Shown here one piece after another: positions 8,621 to 18,197 of a stretch of 24,000 nt of DNA. Numbering within the stretch: the stretch's first letter is position 1; the number at the start of each line of letters is the position of its first letter. Origin of the DNA: Entomomonas moraniae (GTDB taxonomy: Bacteria > Pseudomonadota > Gammaproteobacteria > Pseudomonadales > Pseudomonadaceae); assembly GCF_003991975.1 (NCBI RefSeq), contig NZ_CP029822.1, positions 2,171,648 through 2,195,647 on the forward strand. Direction: 5' to 3'. The notes beneath the pieces are model-generated. The model did no database searches. It was given only the letters and a program-made list of their open reading frames with translations, and was not told the origin of the DNA. The translations under genes were made by a program, and so were the position numbers.

Positions 8621-11218
8621 TTAAACAGCTTTTACATCTATCTTAGCGTTTTGTGCCGCTTTCGCGTAGCTTTCCATTTGATCAAAATTCATATAACGAT
8701 AAATTTCAGGTGCCATCGTATGAATAGCCTCTGCATACTCCATATACTCTGCAGGCGTTGGTAGTTTACCCAACTTAGCTGCAACAGCTGCTAACTCAGC
8801 AGAAGCTAAGTAGACATCAGCACCATCCCCTAAACGGTTAGGGAAGTTACGTGTCGATGTTGAAACGGCTGTACTGTTAGGTTCGATACGCGCCTGATTA
8901 CCCATACAAAGTGAACAACCAGGAACTTCTGTACGCGCACCAACACGACCATAAATACTGTAGTAACCTTCCTCTATCAATTGGTGTTGATCCATCTTAG
9001 TAGGAGGTGTAATCCACAACCGTGTAGGCAACTCTTTTACTTTCTCAAGGAGTTTACCCGCAGCGCGGAAGTGACCAATGTTAGTCATACAGGAACCAAT
9101 AAAGACTTCATCAATCTTGGCACCTGCTACCTCAGACAATAAACGAGCATCATCTGGATCATTAGGAGCACAGAGAATAGGCTCTTTCACATCAGCTAAA
9201 TCAATTTCAATCACCGCTGCATATTCAGCATCTTTATCAGCGCTTAACAATTCAGGTTTGGCTAACCACTCTTCCATTTTCTTCGCACGGCGTTCAATGG
9301 TACGTTCGTCACCATATCCTTGGCTGATCATCCAACGTAATAAAGTAATGTTAGATTTTAAGTATTCAGCAATAGCTTCTTCTGGTAGCTTAATTGTACA
9401 ACCTGCTGCTGAACGCTCAGCTGATGCATCAGAAAGTTCAAAAGCTTGCTCAACCGTTAAATTATCTAAACCTTCAATTTCTAAGATACGACCAGAGAAA
9501 ATATTTTTCTTACCTTTTTTCTCAACCGTTAATAAACCTTGTTGAATAGCATAATAAGGAATCGCATGCACTAAATCACGTAATGTGATGCCAGGTTGCA
9601 TTTTACCTTTAAAGCGAACCAATACAGACTCAGGCATATCAAGTGGCATAACACCCGTAGCAGCAGCAAATGCTACCAAGCCTGACCCTGCTGGGAAAGA
9701 AATACCCATCGGGAAACGTGTATGAGAGTCACCACCTGTACCTACTGTATCAGGCAATACCATACGGTTTAACCAGCTATGGATAATACCATCACCTGGG
9801 CGAAGAGAAATACCACCACGGTTACGGATAAAGTCAGGTAATGTATGTTGTGTTGAAACATCAATAGGTTTTGGATAAGCCGCTGTATGGCAGAAAGACT
9901 GCATCACTAAATCAGCGGAGAAGCCTAAACACGCTAAATCTTTTAACTCATCACGTGTCATTGGGCCCGTTGTATCTTGCGATCCAACGCTAGCCATTTT
10001 AGGCTCACAATAAGCCCCTGGACGAACACCTTCAACACCACAAGCACGACCAACAATTTTTTGAGCTAGTGTAAAGCCTTTTCCATTGTTAGCAGGAACC
10101 TCTGGTTTTTTAAATACATCACTCACAGGTAAACCAAGTTCTGTACGCGCCTTATCTGTTAAGCCACGTCCAATAATTAATGGAATACGTCCACCTGCAC
10201 GCACTTCATCTAATAGAACAGGGGTTTTTAATTCAAAGGTTGCTAATACTTCATCAGAACCATGTTTAGTTACTTTACCCGCATAAGGATAAAGATCAAT
10301 TAAGTCACCCATATTGAGTTTAGATACATCGAACTCAATTGGTAATGCGCCGGCATCTTCCATTGTGTTATAGAAAATAGGAGCAATCTTAGTACCAAAA
10401 CAGAAACCACCATCACGCTTATTAGGTACATAAGGAATATCATCCCCAAAATACCAAATCACTGAGTTAGTCGCAGACTTACGAGAAGAGCCTGTACCAA
10501 CGACATCACCCACATAAGCAACAGGATAACCTTTGGCTTTTACTGCTTCAATTTGCTTTAATGGGCCAACAGTGCCTGGTTGATCAGGATTTATACCGTC
10601 ACGAGGCATTTTTAACATCGCTAGTGCATGCAATGGAATATCAGGACGTGACCATGCATCAGGTGCAGGAGAGAGATCATCTGTATTGGTTTCGCCGGGA
10701 ACTTTAAACACAGCGATGGTTACTTTTTCTGGTAGTGCTTTACGGCTTGTAAACCACTCTGCATTTGCCCAAGACTCTAGTACTGCTTTTGCATTTGCAT
10801 TGCCTGCTTTAGCTTTTTCGGCAACATCATGGAATGAATCAAACATTAAAAGTGTATGCTTTAATTGATCGGCAGCTAAAGCACCTAATGCCTTATCATC
10901 TAAAAGATCAACTAACGTACCAATATTATAACCGCCTTGCATGGTACCTAATAATTTAACAGCCAATTCTTTACTAATTAGGGGAGAAACCGCCTCACCT
11001 TTTACAATAGCGGATAAGAAACCAGCTTTAACATAAGCTGCTTCATCCACACCTGGTGGTACTCGATTGCTAATAAGGTCAACTAGAAAAGCCTCTTCAC
11101 CTTTAGGTGGGTTTTTTAATAACTCTACTAAGGCTACTGTTTGATCGGCCGTTAATGGCTGAGGAACTATACCCATGGCAGCGCGTTCTGCCACTTGTTT
11201 ACGATAAGCTTCAATCAC
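8621..11218 (-). CDS. acnB: Aconitate hydratase B / 2-methylisocitrate dehydratase
   Basis: The 865-aa ORF is collinear with E. coli AcnB from the N-terminal HEAT-like domain ([28 protein letters not shown]) onward. It also contains the Fe-S ligand regions ([16 protein letters not shown]). It starts at GTG, with AGAGGG SD 7 nt upstream. Confidence 0.96.
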   Translation of the reverse strand: MIEAYRKQVAERAAMGIVPQPLTADQTVALVELLKNPPKGEEAFLVDLISNRVPPGVDEAAYVKAGFLSAIVKGEAVSPLISKELAVKLLGTMQGGYNIGTLVDLLDDKALGALAADQLKHTLLMFDSFHDVAEKAKAGNANAKAVLESWANAEWFTSRKALPEKVTIAVFKVPGETNTDDLSPAPDAWSRPDIPLHALAMLKMPRDGINPDQPGTVGPLKQIEAVKAKGYPVAYVGDVVGTGSSRKSATNSVIWYFGDDIPYVPNKRDGGFCFGTKIAPIFYNTMEDAGALPIEFDVSKLNMGDLIDLYPYAGKVTKHGSDEVLATFELKTPVLLDEVRAGGRIPLIIGRGLTDKARTELGLPVSDVFKKPEVPANNGKGFTLAQKIVGRACGVEGVRPGAYCEPKMASVGSQDTTGPMTRDELKDLACLGFSADLVMQSFCHTAAYPKPIDVSTQHTLPDFIRNRGGISLRPGDGIIHSWLNRMVLPDTVGTGGDSHTRFPMGISFPAGSGLVAFAAATGVMPLDMPESVLVRFKGKMQPGITLRDLVHAIPYYAIQQGLLTVEKKGKKNIFSGRILEIEGLDNLTVEQAFELSDASAERSAAGCTIKLPEEAIAEYLKSNITLLRWMISQGYGDERTIERRAKKMEEWLAKPELLSADKDAEYAAVIEIDLADVKEPILCAPNDPDDARLLSEVAGAKIDEVFIGSCMTNIGHFRAAGKLLEKVKELPTRLWITPPTKMDQHQLIEEGYYSIYGRVGARTEVPGCSLCMGNQARIEPNSTAVSTSTRNFPNRLGDGADVYLASAELAAVAAKLGKLPTPAEYMEYAEAIHTMAPEIYRYMNFDQMESYAKAAQNAKIDVKAV

Positions 11219-11296
11219 GGTTCTACCCTCTTTTTAGTTCTTAGGCTGATTAGTTTGTTATTAGGATTACCAGCATTCCCATTAAGATTCTCTAAG

Positions 11297-11375
11297 GAAG
11301 CTGCTTTCAAAGTTTTACGTGGAGAAAAGAGGACTCCAAAAATAATAAAACTCGTGACGCTTTGAAAACAGCTTC
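11297..11375 (-). other. Predicted long-range RNA stem in the acnB 5' leader
   Basis: GAAGCTGCTTTCAAAG (11297-11312) and CTTTGAAAACAGCTTC (11360-11375) form a 16-bp helix enclosing about 47 nt. The single non-Watson-Crick position is a G-U wobble only in the minus-strand (acnB-sense) transcript; on the plus strand it would be an A-C mismatch. The element lies 79-157 nt upstream of the acnB GTG. Confidence 0.35.
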
Positions 11376-11662
11376 GATACACTGAAAACCCGTCTCTATT
11401 ATTTTAATACAATATACTTATAAAGTTAAGCAAGGATAATAAATACATCTTATTTTTAATCAGGTTCCTCATTAAGAGGTAACTTCTTTTCATTATAAGT
11501 ATTTCTATCTATAGACAACTATCTTTAAAATAGTTTCTCAATAGCTCAAAAAACTGCTCGTTTAGTATAAATTATTCTATAAATATGGCAATTAGCCTAA
11601 TGTCAGTGACATTTATTTTCAAACCTTTTTTTATAAAAAGATATTACTATATCGCTTATCCT

Positions 11663-13675
11663 CTACTCAAACGCTCGTCTAAAGTAGCGCAGCTCACGCA
11701 CCCAAAAACGATTAGGATGACAAGCTTCCATCAAGTCCTGCTCTATAGGCAAAGGCTCATTTTCTAACCAACTGGCTAACATCTCACCGCATAAAGGTGC
11801 GGTAATCAAACCACGTGAGCCATGGGCTATATTTAAAAATAATCCATTAACCCATGGGCAAGGAGTATCAGGTATTTTTTTGGCATCTTTTATTAATACT
11901 TTATAATCTTCTAAAAAAATATCCCTGTGTGCAATGGGCCCTACAATAGGTAAATAATCGGTGGCTGTACAACGATAAGCAGCCCTACCCTCGAGATCCT
12001 CGAGTGCTAAATTGTCAACTCGTAACCGTTCGGCTAAATCTAAAGAAATAGTTTTTAGCGTTTGGATATTTTCATTATGCTCTTGCTTACTAATCAATAA
12101 ATCGACTGCATGAAAATTAAAAGTGGCACCCAAGCAGTGTTTATCATCCTTGGCGGGTGAAATATATCCATCACTACAAATTACTGAGGAAAGTGATTCA
12201 CTACGTTGGTTTGCAGGTAACTCTGTTGTTTGCCCTCGAATACCTTTAATCGGTAATTTAGACGTAACAGAGAACTGTCTAGTATCTTGTGCAGTCGCCA
12301 ACACTACCACCTCTGCCGATGCCAATACACCACTTGAACCCTTAGCTTGCCATTGTTGTCCATCATGAGCCAACGAAACCACATCCTGATGACATAGCAC
12401 CTCAATATTAGGATGTGTCAATAACACTTGGCATAAAACACGTGGTTTTACCCAGCCCCCCTCAGGAAAGAGCAAGCCTTGGTGATTAACAGATAGCCCA
12501 GCTACTTGACTCGCACCCTCTTGAGTAATTGGTGACAATAGCGAAGAAGAAAAGGCCTCTGCTAATTGTTGTTGCCGTTTCCACTCTTTGTCATCAAAAG
12601 CCAACTGTAAAAGGCCACAGTCATCCCAATCATCGCCTTTCTTTAAAACGCCTTGTGCAGTTAACGTTTCTAATAACCGACGAGTATAGCCAAACCCTTC
12701 AAGCAATAAGCGTGATTGCAAGGTTTGATGAGCCGATAATTTCAAATACAGAATACCCTGAGCATTCCCCGACCCTGCCCTCGCTACTTCTTCCCTCTTC
12801 TCTAACACGACTACTTGCCAACCTCTAGTAGCCAAACTAGCAGCTGTTGAAGCGCCTGCCACACCAGCACCGACAACAATAGCCCTGCGCTTTGTAAAAA
12901 CGGGAGTAGGCAATCGACAGTACCAAGGAGGAATAATATCTGCACGAGATGTTATTTTGTCAGTATTTCCAACAAAATGTCCAAAAAGCATTTCGCGCTT
13001 ATTAGCAAATCCAATATCTTTATCAATGGCAAAACCTGCTTCAATCAAGCCACGGCGCACAAAGCCCGCACTAGTAAAGGTTGCTAACGTAGTGTCATTT
13101 TTAGATAAACGCGCTAATTGTTTAAATAAATCATCTGTCCACATTTGTGGATTCTTAGCAGGTGAAAAACCATCCAAAAACCACGCATCCACTGTTGCAT
13201 TTAATAAGGGTAGCTGAGCATGAACATCACCCACTAATAGAGTTAGCACCACACGCCCATTAGCAAATACAAAGCGCTGATATCCTTCATGGACAGCCAC
13301 GTATTGCTCAAGCAGAGCATCGCGCCACTCAGCCAAGTCATCCCATAATGACAAAGCTTGTGTTAAATCATCTTTAGTAAGCGGGTGTTTTTCAACTGAA
13401 ATATAGTGCAGTGTTGTATTGGTCGGTGCTATTTGTTCAAATAACCGCCAGCCGCATAAAAAATTTAGCCCTGAACCAAACCCCGTTTCACCAATAACAA
13501 AAAAATCATGATCTTTTAACTGCTTAAACCTATCAAACAACTGATTATGTTTTAAAAAAACATACTCCGTTTCTTCTAATCCTGAAGCTTTTGAAAAATA
13601 AACATCATCAAACTCTATTGAGATAGGTTGCCCATGTTCATCCCAAACAAGATCAGCATAATTAATCTTTGTCAT
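11663..13675 (-). CDS. mnmC: Bifunctional tRNA 5-methylaminomethyl-2-thiouridine biosynthesis protein (FAD oxidoreductase + SAM methyltransferase)
   Basis: The 670-aa ORF has an N-terminal MnmD/DUF752 methyltransferase domain (ETGFGSGLNF, DAWFLDGFSPAKNP..W). The C-terminal half is a DAO-type FAD domain (VVGAGVAGASTA). Confidence 0.92.
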   Translation of the reverse strand: MTKINYADLVWDEHGQPISIEFDDVYFSKASGLEETEYVFLKHNQLFDRFKQLKDHDFFVIGETGFGSGLNFLCGWRLFEQIAPTNTTLHYISVEKHPLTKDDLTQALSLWDDLAEWRDALLEQYVAVHEGYQRFVFANGRVVLTLLVGDVHAQLPLLNATVDAWFLDGFSPAKNPQMWTDDLFKQLARLSKNDTTLATFTSAGFVRRGLIEAGFAIDKDIGFANKREMLFGHFVGNTDKITSRADIIPPWYCRLPTPVFTKRRAIVVGAGVAGASTAASLATRGWQVVVLEKREEVARAGSGNAQGILYLKLSAHQTLQSRLLLEGFGYTRRLLETLTAQGVLKKGDDWDDCGLLQLAFDDKEWKRQQQLAEAFSSSLLSPITQEGASQVAGLSVNHQGLLFPEGGWVKPRVLCQVLLTHPNIEVLCHQDVVSLAHDGQQWQAKGSSGVLASAEVVVLATAQDTRQFSVTSKLPIKGIRGQTTELPANQRSESLSSVICSDGYISPAKDDKHCLGATFNFHAVDLLISKQEHNENIQTLKTISLDLAERLRVDNLALEDLEGRAAYRCTATDYLPIVGPIAHRDIFLEDYKVLIKDAKKIPDTPCPWVNGLFLNIAHGSRGLITAPLCGEMLASWLENEPLPIEQDLMEACHPNRFWVRELRYFRRAFE

Positions 13676-13773
13676 AGCTAGCCATTAGTCATAAAGATTA
13701 TTTATTATACCTAGAATCTGGCAAATAAATTAGATTAATCATTCCCCAATTTTTGTGTTGGCTAAACATTAAC

Positions 13774-13815
13774 AAACCATGGCCTTATCATAAACATAAG
13801 GCCACTGCATGGTTT
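13774..13815 (-). terminator. Possible terminator hairpin downstream of the cyd operon
   Basis: GGCCTTAT (13781-13788) / ATAAGGCC (13796-13803) with outer AAACCAT / ATGGTTT arms and a 4-nt bulge. The downstream tail on the minus strand is only moderately U-rich (GTTAATGTTT). Confidence 0.4.
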
Positions 13816-13912
13816 ATAGCACCGTTATAACATCCATTAATGAGCTCTTTTAATTTTTATTTCTCATGCTCAATGTCAAAATATGACAATATATTATTTT
13901 TTAATCAGATAA

Positions 13913-14044
13913 CTAACCCCTTAAGCCAGCCCAATACATCAACAGTTTTATCAAACCGGATAACACGCTTAGTCCAACAACTCCTGCACACCAAAGACCT
14001 AAAAACCATAGTATTTTTTTAGTTTTAGCTAACTTGACTTGCAT
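13913..14044 (-). CDS. Small single-TM protein encoded directly after cydB; candidate bd-oxidase accessory subunit (CydX/DUF2474-like); absent from ORF track
   Basis: My translation is (MN)MQVKLAKTKKILWFLGLWCAGVVGLSVLSGLIKLLMYWAGLRG*. AGGAG (14055-14051) sits 6 nt before the ATG at 14044; the alternative ATG at 14050 abuts the SD. The ORF begins 13 nt after the cydB stop. It has a basic N-terminus followed by one hydrophobic helix. Confidence 0.6.
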   Translation of the reverse strand: MQVKLAKTKKILWFLGLWCAGVVGLSVLSGLIKLLMYWAGLRG

Positions 14045-14057
14045 GTTCATCTCCTAA

Positions 14058-15068
14058 TTAATGGTGGTACCCTTCACCTGCTTTAACTTTTCCTCTGAAT
14101 ACGTAATAAGTCCAAGCGGTGTACATCAGAACAATAGGCAATATAAAAAGAGTTCCTATCAATGCAAACAACTGGCTTTGTGCAGGTGCAGCAGCTTCCC
14201 AAATTGTAATGGAAGTTGGAATAACATATGGCCAAACACTAATAACAAAACCAAACAACCCTAGAAAAATCAAAAATAACGAGAGTATAAAGGGCGAAGA
14301 ATGTACCTCTTTGTGGCAAGCTTTCCAAATCCCATAACTGATTAATACCACTAGCAACGGAACAACTGATAATATAAAAATATTAGGCATATTAAACCAA
14401 CGCTCAGCGATTTGCTTGTGAAGCATAGGCGTTATAATGCTTATGATAATAAGGACAATAAAAAATATACCCACCAAATACGAGGCTATTTGTTTCATTT
14501 TTGCCTGTAGATGGTGCTCTGTTTTCATAATGAGCCATGTGCTTCCTAAAAGTGCATAGGCAATAATCAACCCAACACCACAAAATAAAGGGAAAAAAGT
14601 AAACCAATCAAAATACCCACCCACGAAATGACGATCAACAACTTCAAAACCATAAATAAAAGCGCCAATAGTCACTCCTTGAAAGAACGTAGCGATTAAA
14701 GAACCGATAACAAATGCCTTATCCCAAAAAGCCCTATGGCTGGGTGTTGCCTTAAAACGAAACTCAAAAGCAACACCTCTAAAAATCAAACCAAGTAACA
14801 TCAAAGTTAACGGAATAGTAAGCGCATCCAATATAACCGCATAGGCTAAGGGAAATGCACCAAATAAAGCAGCACCACCCAAAACAAGCCATGTTTCATT
14901 ACCATCCCAAACAGGTGCTACGGTGTTAATAAGAATGTCTTTTTCTTCAGCATCTTTGACAAAAGGAAATAAAATCCCAATACCTAAATCAAAGCCATCC
15001 ATAAAAACATACATCGCAACACCAATGAGTATAAGTGCCGCCCATATTAAAGAAAGATCAATAGCCAT
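14058..15068 (-). CDS. cydB: Cytochrome bd-type ubiquinol oxidase subunit II
   Basis: The 336-aa polytopic membrane protein has a CydB-like N-terminus (LIWAALILIGVAMYVFMDGFDLGIGILFPF) and WDGNETWLVLGG. Its SD is embedded in the cydA 3' end, with a 2-nt gap. Confidence 0.93.
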   Translation of the reverse strand: MAIDLSLIWAALILIGVAMYVFMDGFDLGIGILFPFVKDAEEKDILINTVAPVWDGNETWLVLGGAALFGAFPLAYAVILDALTIPLTLMLLGLIFRGVAFEFRFKATPSHRAFWDKAFVIGSLIATFFQGVTIGAFIYGFEVVDRHFVGGYFDWFTFFPLFCGVGLIIAYALLGSTWLIMKTEHHLQAKMKQIASYLVGIFFIVLIIISIITPMLHKQIAERWFNMPNIFILSVVPLLVVLISYGIWKACHKEVHSSPFILSLFLIFLGLFGFVISVWPYVIPTSITIWEAAAPAQSQLFALIGTLFILPIVLMYTAWTYYVFRGKVKAGEGYHH

Positions 15069-15070
15069 GT

Positions 15071-16429
15071 TTATTCCTCCCTATGGGTTAATTGAGCATA
15101 ATCAATAGGTTGAGATATAGCACCTTTTTTCATTTGCTTAATCATATAAAAGTAGCCAATACCAAACACAAACGAATAAACCACCACAAAACAAAGTAGG
15201 CTTATACTCATTTGTAAATCACCATGAGCAGAGGCAGCATCTTTGGTTCTTAATACACCATAAACAACCCATGGTTGACGGCCTAATTCCGTCACGAACC
15301 ATCCGGCTAAAATAGCCACTAATCCAGAGGGGCCCATAAGTAGAACAAAACGTAGCCACCAACGTCCTTGATAAAGGTTCTTTTTATACCGACGATAAAG
15401 CCCCACAATTCCTAAAAGAAGCATTAACATACCAATACCCACCATAATTCTAAAGCTCCAGAATACAAAAGGAACATTGGGTCTATCTTGTGGAGGAACA
15501 TCTTTTAAAGCAGGTATTTGCTCAGTAAAACTGTGCTTTAGAATCAAACTTCCCAAGACAGGAATTTCGATTTTATATTTTGTTTCTTCGGCTTTCATAT
15601 CAGGCCAACCGAATAGAATAAGTGGTGTTGGTTCATCACCTATATTTTCCCAATGCCCTTCCATTGCGGCTATTTTGGTGGGTTGATATTTAAGCGTATT
15701 TAACCCATGGGAGTCACCAGCTAAAAATTGTAAAGGTACAACGATAATGATGAACCATAAAGCCATCGAAAACATTTTCTTATTTTCATCAGTCTTATTG
15801 CCTTGTAACAAATGCCAAGCGCCAACTGCAGCAACGAGAAATGCAGTGCTCAAAAAAGCAGCAATCCCCATATGAACTAAACGGTGTAAAAATGATGGGT
15901 TAAATACTATAGCAAACCAATCAAGTGGAATAACTTGATTATTAACTACCTCGTAACCTTGTGGCGTTTGCATCCAGCTATTTGAAGACAAAATCCAAAA
16001 CATTGAAATATTAGTGCCTAGTGAAACCATAGCCGTTGCAAAAAAATGCAAATGAGGCCCTACTTTCTTCCAACCAAACAACATGACACCTAGAAACCCA
16101 GCCTCTAAGAAAAAAGCTGTCATCACCTCATAAGTCAGAAGCGGCCCGGTGATACTCCCAGCGAAAGCGGAAAATCCACTCCAGTTAGTACCAAACTGAA
16201 AAGCCATTACCAAGCCTGAAACAACCCCCATACCAAAATTAACAGCAAAAATCTTCGCCCAAAAAACACATAGGTTATAATAAATTTTGTTATTTGTTTT
16301 TAACCAAAGTCCCTCTAAAACGACAATATAAGTAGAAAGACCTATCGTAATGGCAGGAAAAATAATGTGAAAAGAAACTGTAAAAGCGAACTGAATACGT
16401 GCGATATCTATGGCGTCAAGACCAAACAT
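15071..16429 (-). CDS. cydA: Cytochrome bd-type ubiquinol oxidase subunit I (short Q-loop, CioA-like)
   Basis: MFGLDAIDIARIQFAFTVSFHIIFPAITIGL matches the CioA-type N-terminus as I recall it. GWFVTELGRQPWVVYG is the conserved C-terminal motif. The track start (16444) is a TTG 5 codons upstream; I prefer the ATG at 16429. The ~452-aa length versus 522 aa for E. coli CydA implies a short Q-loop. Confidence 0.92.
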   Translation of the reverse strand: MFGLDAIDIARIQFAFTVSFHIIFPAITIGLSTYIVVLEGLWLKTNNKIYYNLCVFWAKIFAVNFGMGVVSGLVMAFQFGTNWSGFSAFAGSITGPLLTYEVMTAFFLEAGFLGVMLFGWKKVGPHLHFFATAMVSLGTNISMFWILSSNSWMQTPQGYEVVNNQVIPLDWFAIVFNPSFLHRLVHMGIAAFLSTAFLVAAVGAWHLLQGNKTDENKKMFSMALWFIIIVVPLQFLAGDSHGLNTLKYQPTKIAAMEGHWENIGDEPTPLILFGWPDMKAEETKYKIEIPVLGSLILKHSFTEQIPALKDVPPQDRPNVPFVFWSFRIMVGIGMLMLLLGIVGLYRRYKKNLYQGRWWLRFVLLMGPSGLVAILAGWFVTELGRQPWVVYGVLRTKDAASAHGDLQMSISLLCFVVVYSFVFGIGYFYMIKQMKKGAISQPIDYAQLTHREE

Positions 16430-16535
16430 GCTCCTTACCCCCAACCTGATGTTTCAAAAATATAATTTGGGCTAATTAATAATCCAATTTAGACTATAAG
16501 ACAATTGAACAATAAATAACAGAATCAAATTTATT

Positions 16536-16575
16536 AAAAAAAACCATATCAGATTGATGAATGTGGTCATCTGAT
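16536..16575 (-). terminator. Rho-independent terminator immediately after the MocR-family gene
   Basis: The minus strand reads TAG-ATCAGAT-GACCACATTCATCA-ATCTGAT-ATGG-TTTTTTTT. This is a 7-bp outer stem with further internal pairing (GATGA/TCATC), followed by a U8 tract. Confidence 0.55.
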
Positions 16576-17994
16576 CTATTTAAAAGATTTAATTAAATTG
16601 CCTAATTTTTGTATAGCAAGTTCTAACTTATCAGACCATGCTTGCCCATAATTTAAGCGTATACAGTTATTAAACCCTTGTGAAGCTGAAAAAATTGCAC
16701 CAGGAGCAATACAGATTCCATTTGCTAAAGCAATTTTATATAACTGTAATGAATCTATATTTTTATCGAGCTCAACCCATAAAAAATAGCCTCCCTTTGG
16801 CTTGGTGACTGCAATATTTTTTGGGAAGTATTTTACAATGGCAGAAAGCATGCTAGCTTGAGAGCAAGCCAATACATGCCTTAATTTACGTAAATGCCTA
16901 TCATAACCACCGTACTGTAAATAGTTAGCAATAGCTGCTTGAGCAGGAACAGAGGTCGACAACGTTGACATTAGTTTAAGTCGATTAACTTTTTCTGCAT
17001 AGCGCCCTGCCGCAACATACCCTACACGATACCCAGGAGCTAATGATTTAGAAAATGAGCCACAATGCATAATCAAACCATGCTTATCAAAACTTTTTAA
17101 TAACTTAGGTGGCGTTTCATCAAAATAAAGCTCGTGGTAAACATCATCAATCACCGTAGGCGTTTGGTATTTATTAAGAATATGATACAACTGCTCTTTG
17201 TCTTCATCTGAAATAGTGGCACCTGTTGGGTTTTGAAAATTTGTCATAAGGCAACAGGTCTTAATAGGTAGTTTTTGCAACGCTTTCTCTAGAGCTTCTA
17301 AATCAATACCCTTACGAGGATGCGTAGGAATTTCCACAGCTTTTAACTTTAATCGCTCTAAAATTTGTAGAATGGCATAAAATGCTGGGGACTCGATTGC
17401 CACTAAATCGCCAGGTTTAGTCACCGCTTGTAAGCATAAATTTAAAGCCTCCATCACACCATTGGTGATAATCACCTCATCCATCGACAAGTTGACATTA
17501 TTGAGCATATAACGTAATACAATCTGACGCCGCAAATCAACATTACCTGTTGTCATATCCGCAATATAGTTATGATGCCTACTCTTAAAATCAGTGAGTG
17601 CATGATTCATACTGCGCTGCAAACGCGCCATTGGAAATAAATCTGTACTGGGATAAAAAGCACAAAAAAGAACTGCTTCATTATTCCTAATTACATCCAT
17701 GACTGAAAAAATCAGATCACTTACACTCACTTCTGTCGTAACGACTTCAATATCTTTAATATCAGGTTCAGGAAGAGTGTCTTGTAATAATGGACGTACA
17801 AAATAACCAGACTTTTCACGTGCGAAAATTAATCCCCTATCTTCTAATAAATAATAAGCTTTAAAAACTGTCGATGGGCTAATTTTATAAACTTTACTTG
17901 CATGACGTACCGATGGTAACTTTTGTCCAGTTTGCAATACACCTGATTTTATCAAATGGGTTATTTCTTCAGCAAACTGCTCATAACGCTTCAT
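16576..17994 (-). CDS. MocR/GabR-type transcriptional regulator (GntR wHTH fused to a class-I aminotransferase-like PLP domain)
   Basis: The 472-aa ORF has an N-terminal GntR HTH (LPSVRHASKVYKISPSTVFKAYYLLEDRGLIFAREKSGYFV). A linker and a fold-type-I aminotransferase domain with PLP-lysine context (GSFSKSLAPGYRVGY) follow. Confidence 0.88.
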   Translation of the reverse strand: MKRYEQFAEEITHLIKSGVLQTGQKLPSVRHASKVYKISPSTVFKAYYLLEDRGLIFAREKSGYFVRPLLQDTLPEPDIKDIEVVTTEVSVSDLIFSVMDVIRNNEAVLFCAFYPSTDLFPMARLQRSMNHALTDFKSRHHNYIADMTTGNVDLRRQIVLRYMLNNVNLSMDEVIITNGVMEALNLCLQAVTKPGDLVAIESPAFYAILQILERLKLKAVEIPTHPRKGIDLEALEKALQKLPIKTCCLMTNFQNPTGATISDEDKEQLYHILNKYQTPTVIDDVYHELYFDETPPKLLKSFDKHGLIMHCGSFSKSLAPGYRVGYVAAGRYAEKVNRLKLMSTLSTSVPAQAAIANYLQYGGYDRHLRKLRHVLACSQASMLSAIVKYFPKNIAVTKPKGGYFLWVELDKNIDSLQLYKIALANGICIAPGAIFSASQGFNNCIRLNYGQAWSDKLELAIQKLGNLIKSFK

Positions 17995-18146
17995 AATAAA
18001 TACTCTCTTCTATCCTATATATTATTTAACACGCATAAAAAATATATTACTAGTCATAGCCGAAATTTTATTAGAAATAATACATTTAAAAATAAGATAA
18101 CTAGAGAATAATGCATAAGCACTAAAATACTGACATTAACTCTTAA

Positions 18147-18179
18147 AATAAAAAACCCCATAAATTACTTTATGGGGTT
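18147..18179 (-). terminator. Rho-independent terminator after glnA
   Basis: The minus strand reads AACCCCATAAA-GTAA-TTTATGGGGTT followed by TTTTTTATTT. The core stem is 18156-18164 / 18169-18177. Confidence 0.8.
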
Positions 18180-18197
18180 CTAATAAATTAGAGTTAA

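Noticed and set aside
9078-10868. Plus-strand ORFs of 60-155 aa (9078-9545, 10086-10286, 10686-10868) inside acnB
   Set aside because: They are antisense shadow ORFs within a strongly supported 865-aa gene. Their composition is Ser/Ala/Pro-rich and low in complexity, they have no SD, and they match no recognisable family.
11585-11767. 60-aa plus-strand ORF spanning the mnmC 3' end. Similarly, 13840-14022 (+) lies opposite the cydX-like ORF and 23587-23778 (-) lies opposite the ansB start.
   Set aside because: They have no RBS, and they overlap better-supported features on the other strand. The 23587-23778 ORF is antisense to the ansB signal peptide and catalytic motif.
12123-13217. Plus-strand ORFs (12123-12368, 12529-12828, 12957-13217) inside mnmC
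   Set aside because: They are antisense to a well-supported gene, with no RBS or motif. They are typical frame-shadow ORFs.
16445-16535. Searched the cydA upstream region for an FNR/ANR box (TTGAT-N4-ATCAA)
   Set aside because: Only isolated half-sites (ATCAA at about 16524) occur without a matching partner, so no call is made.
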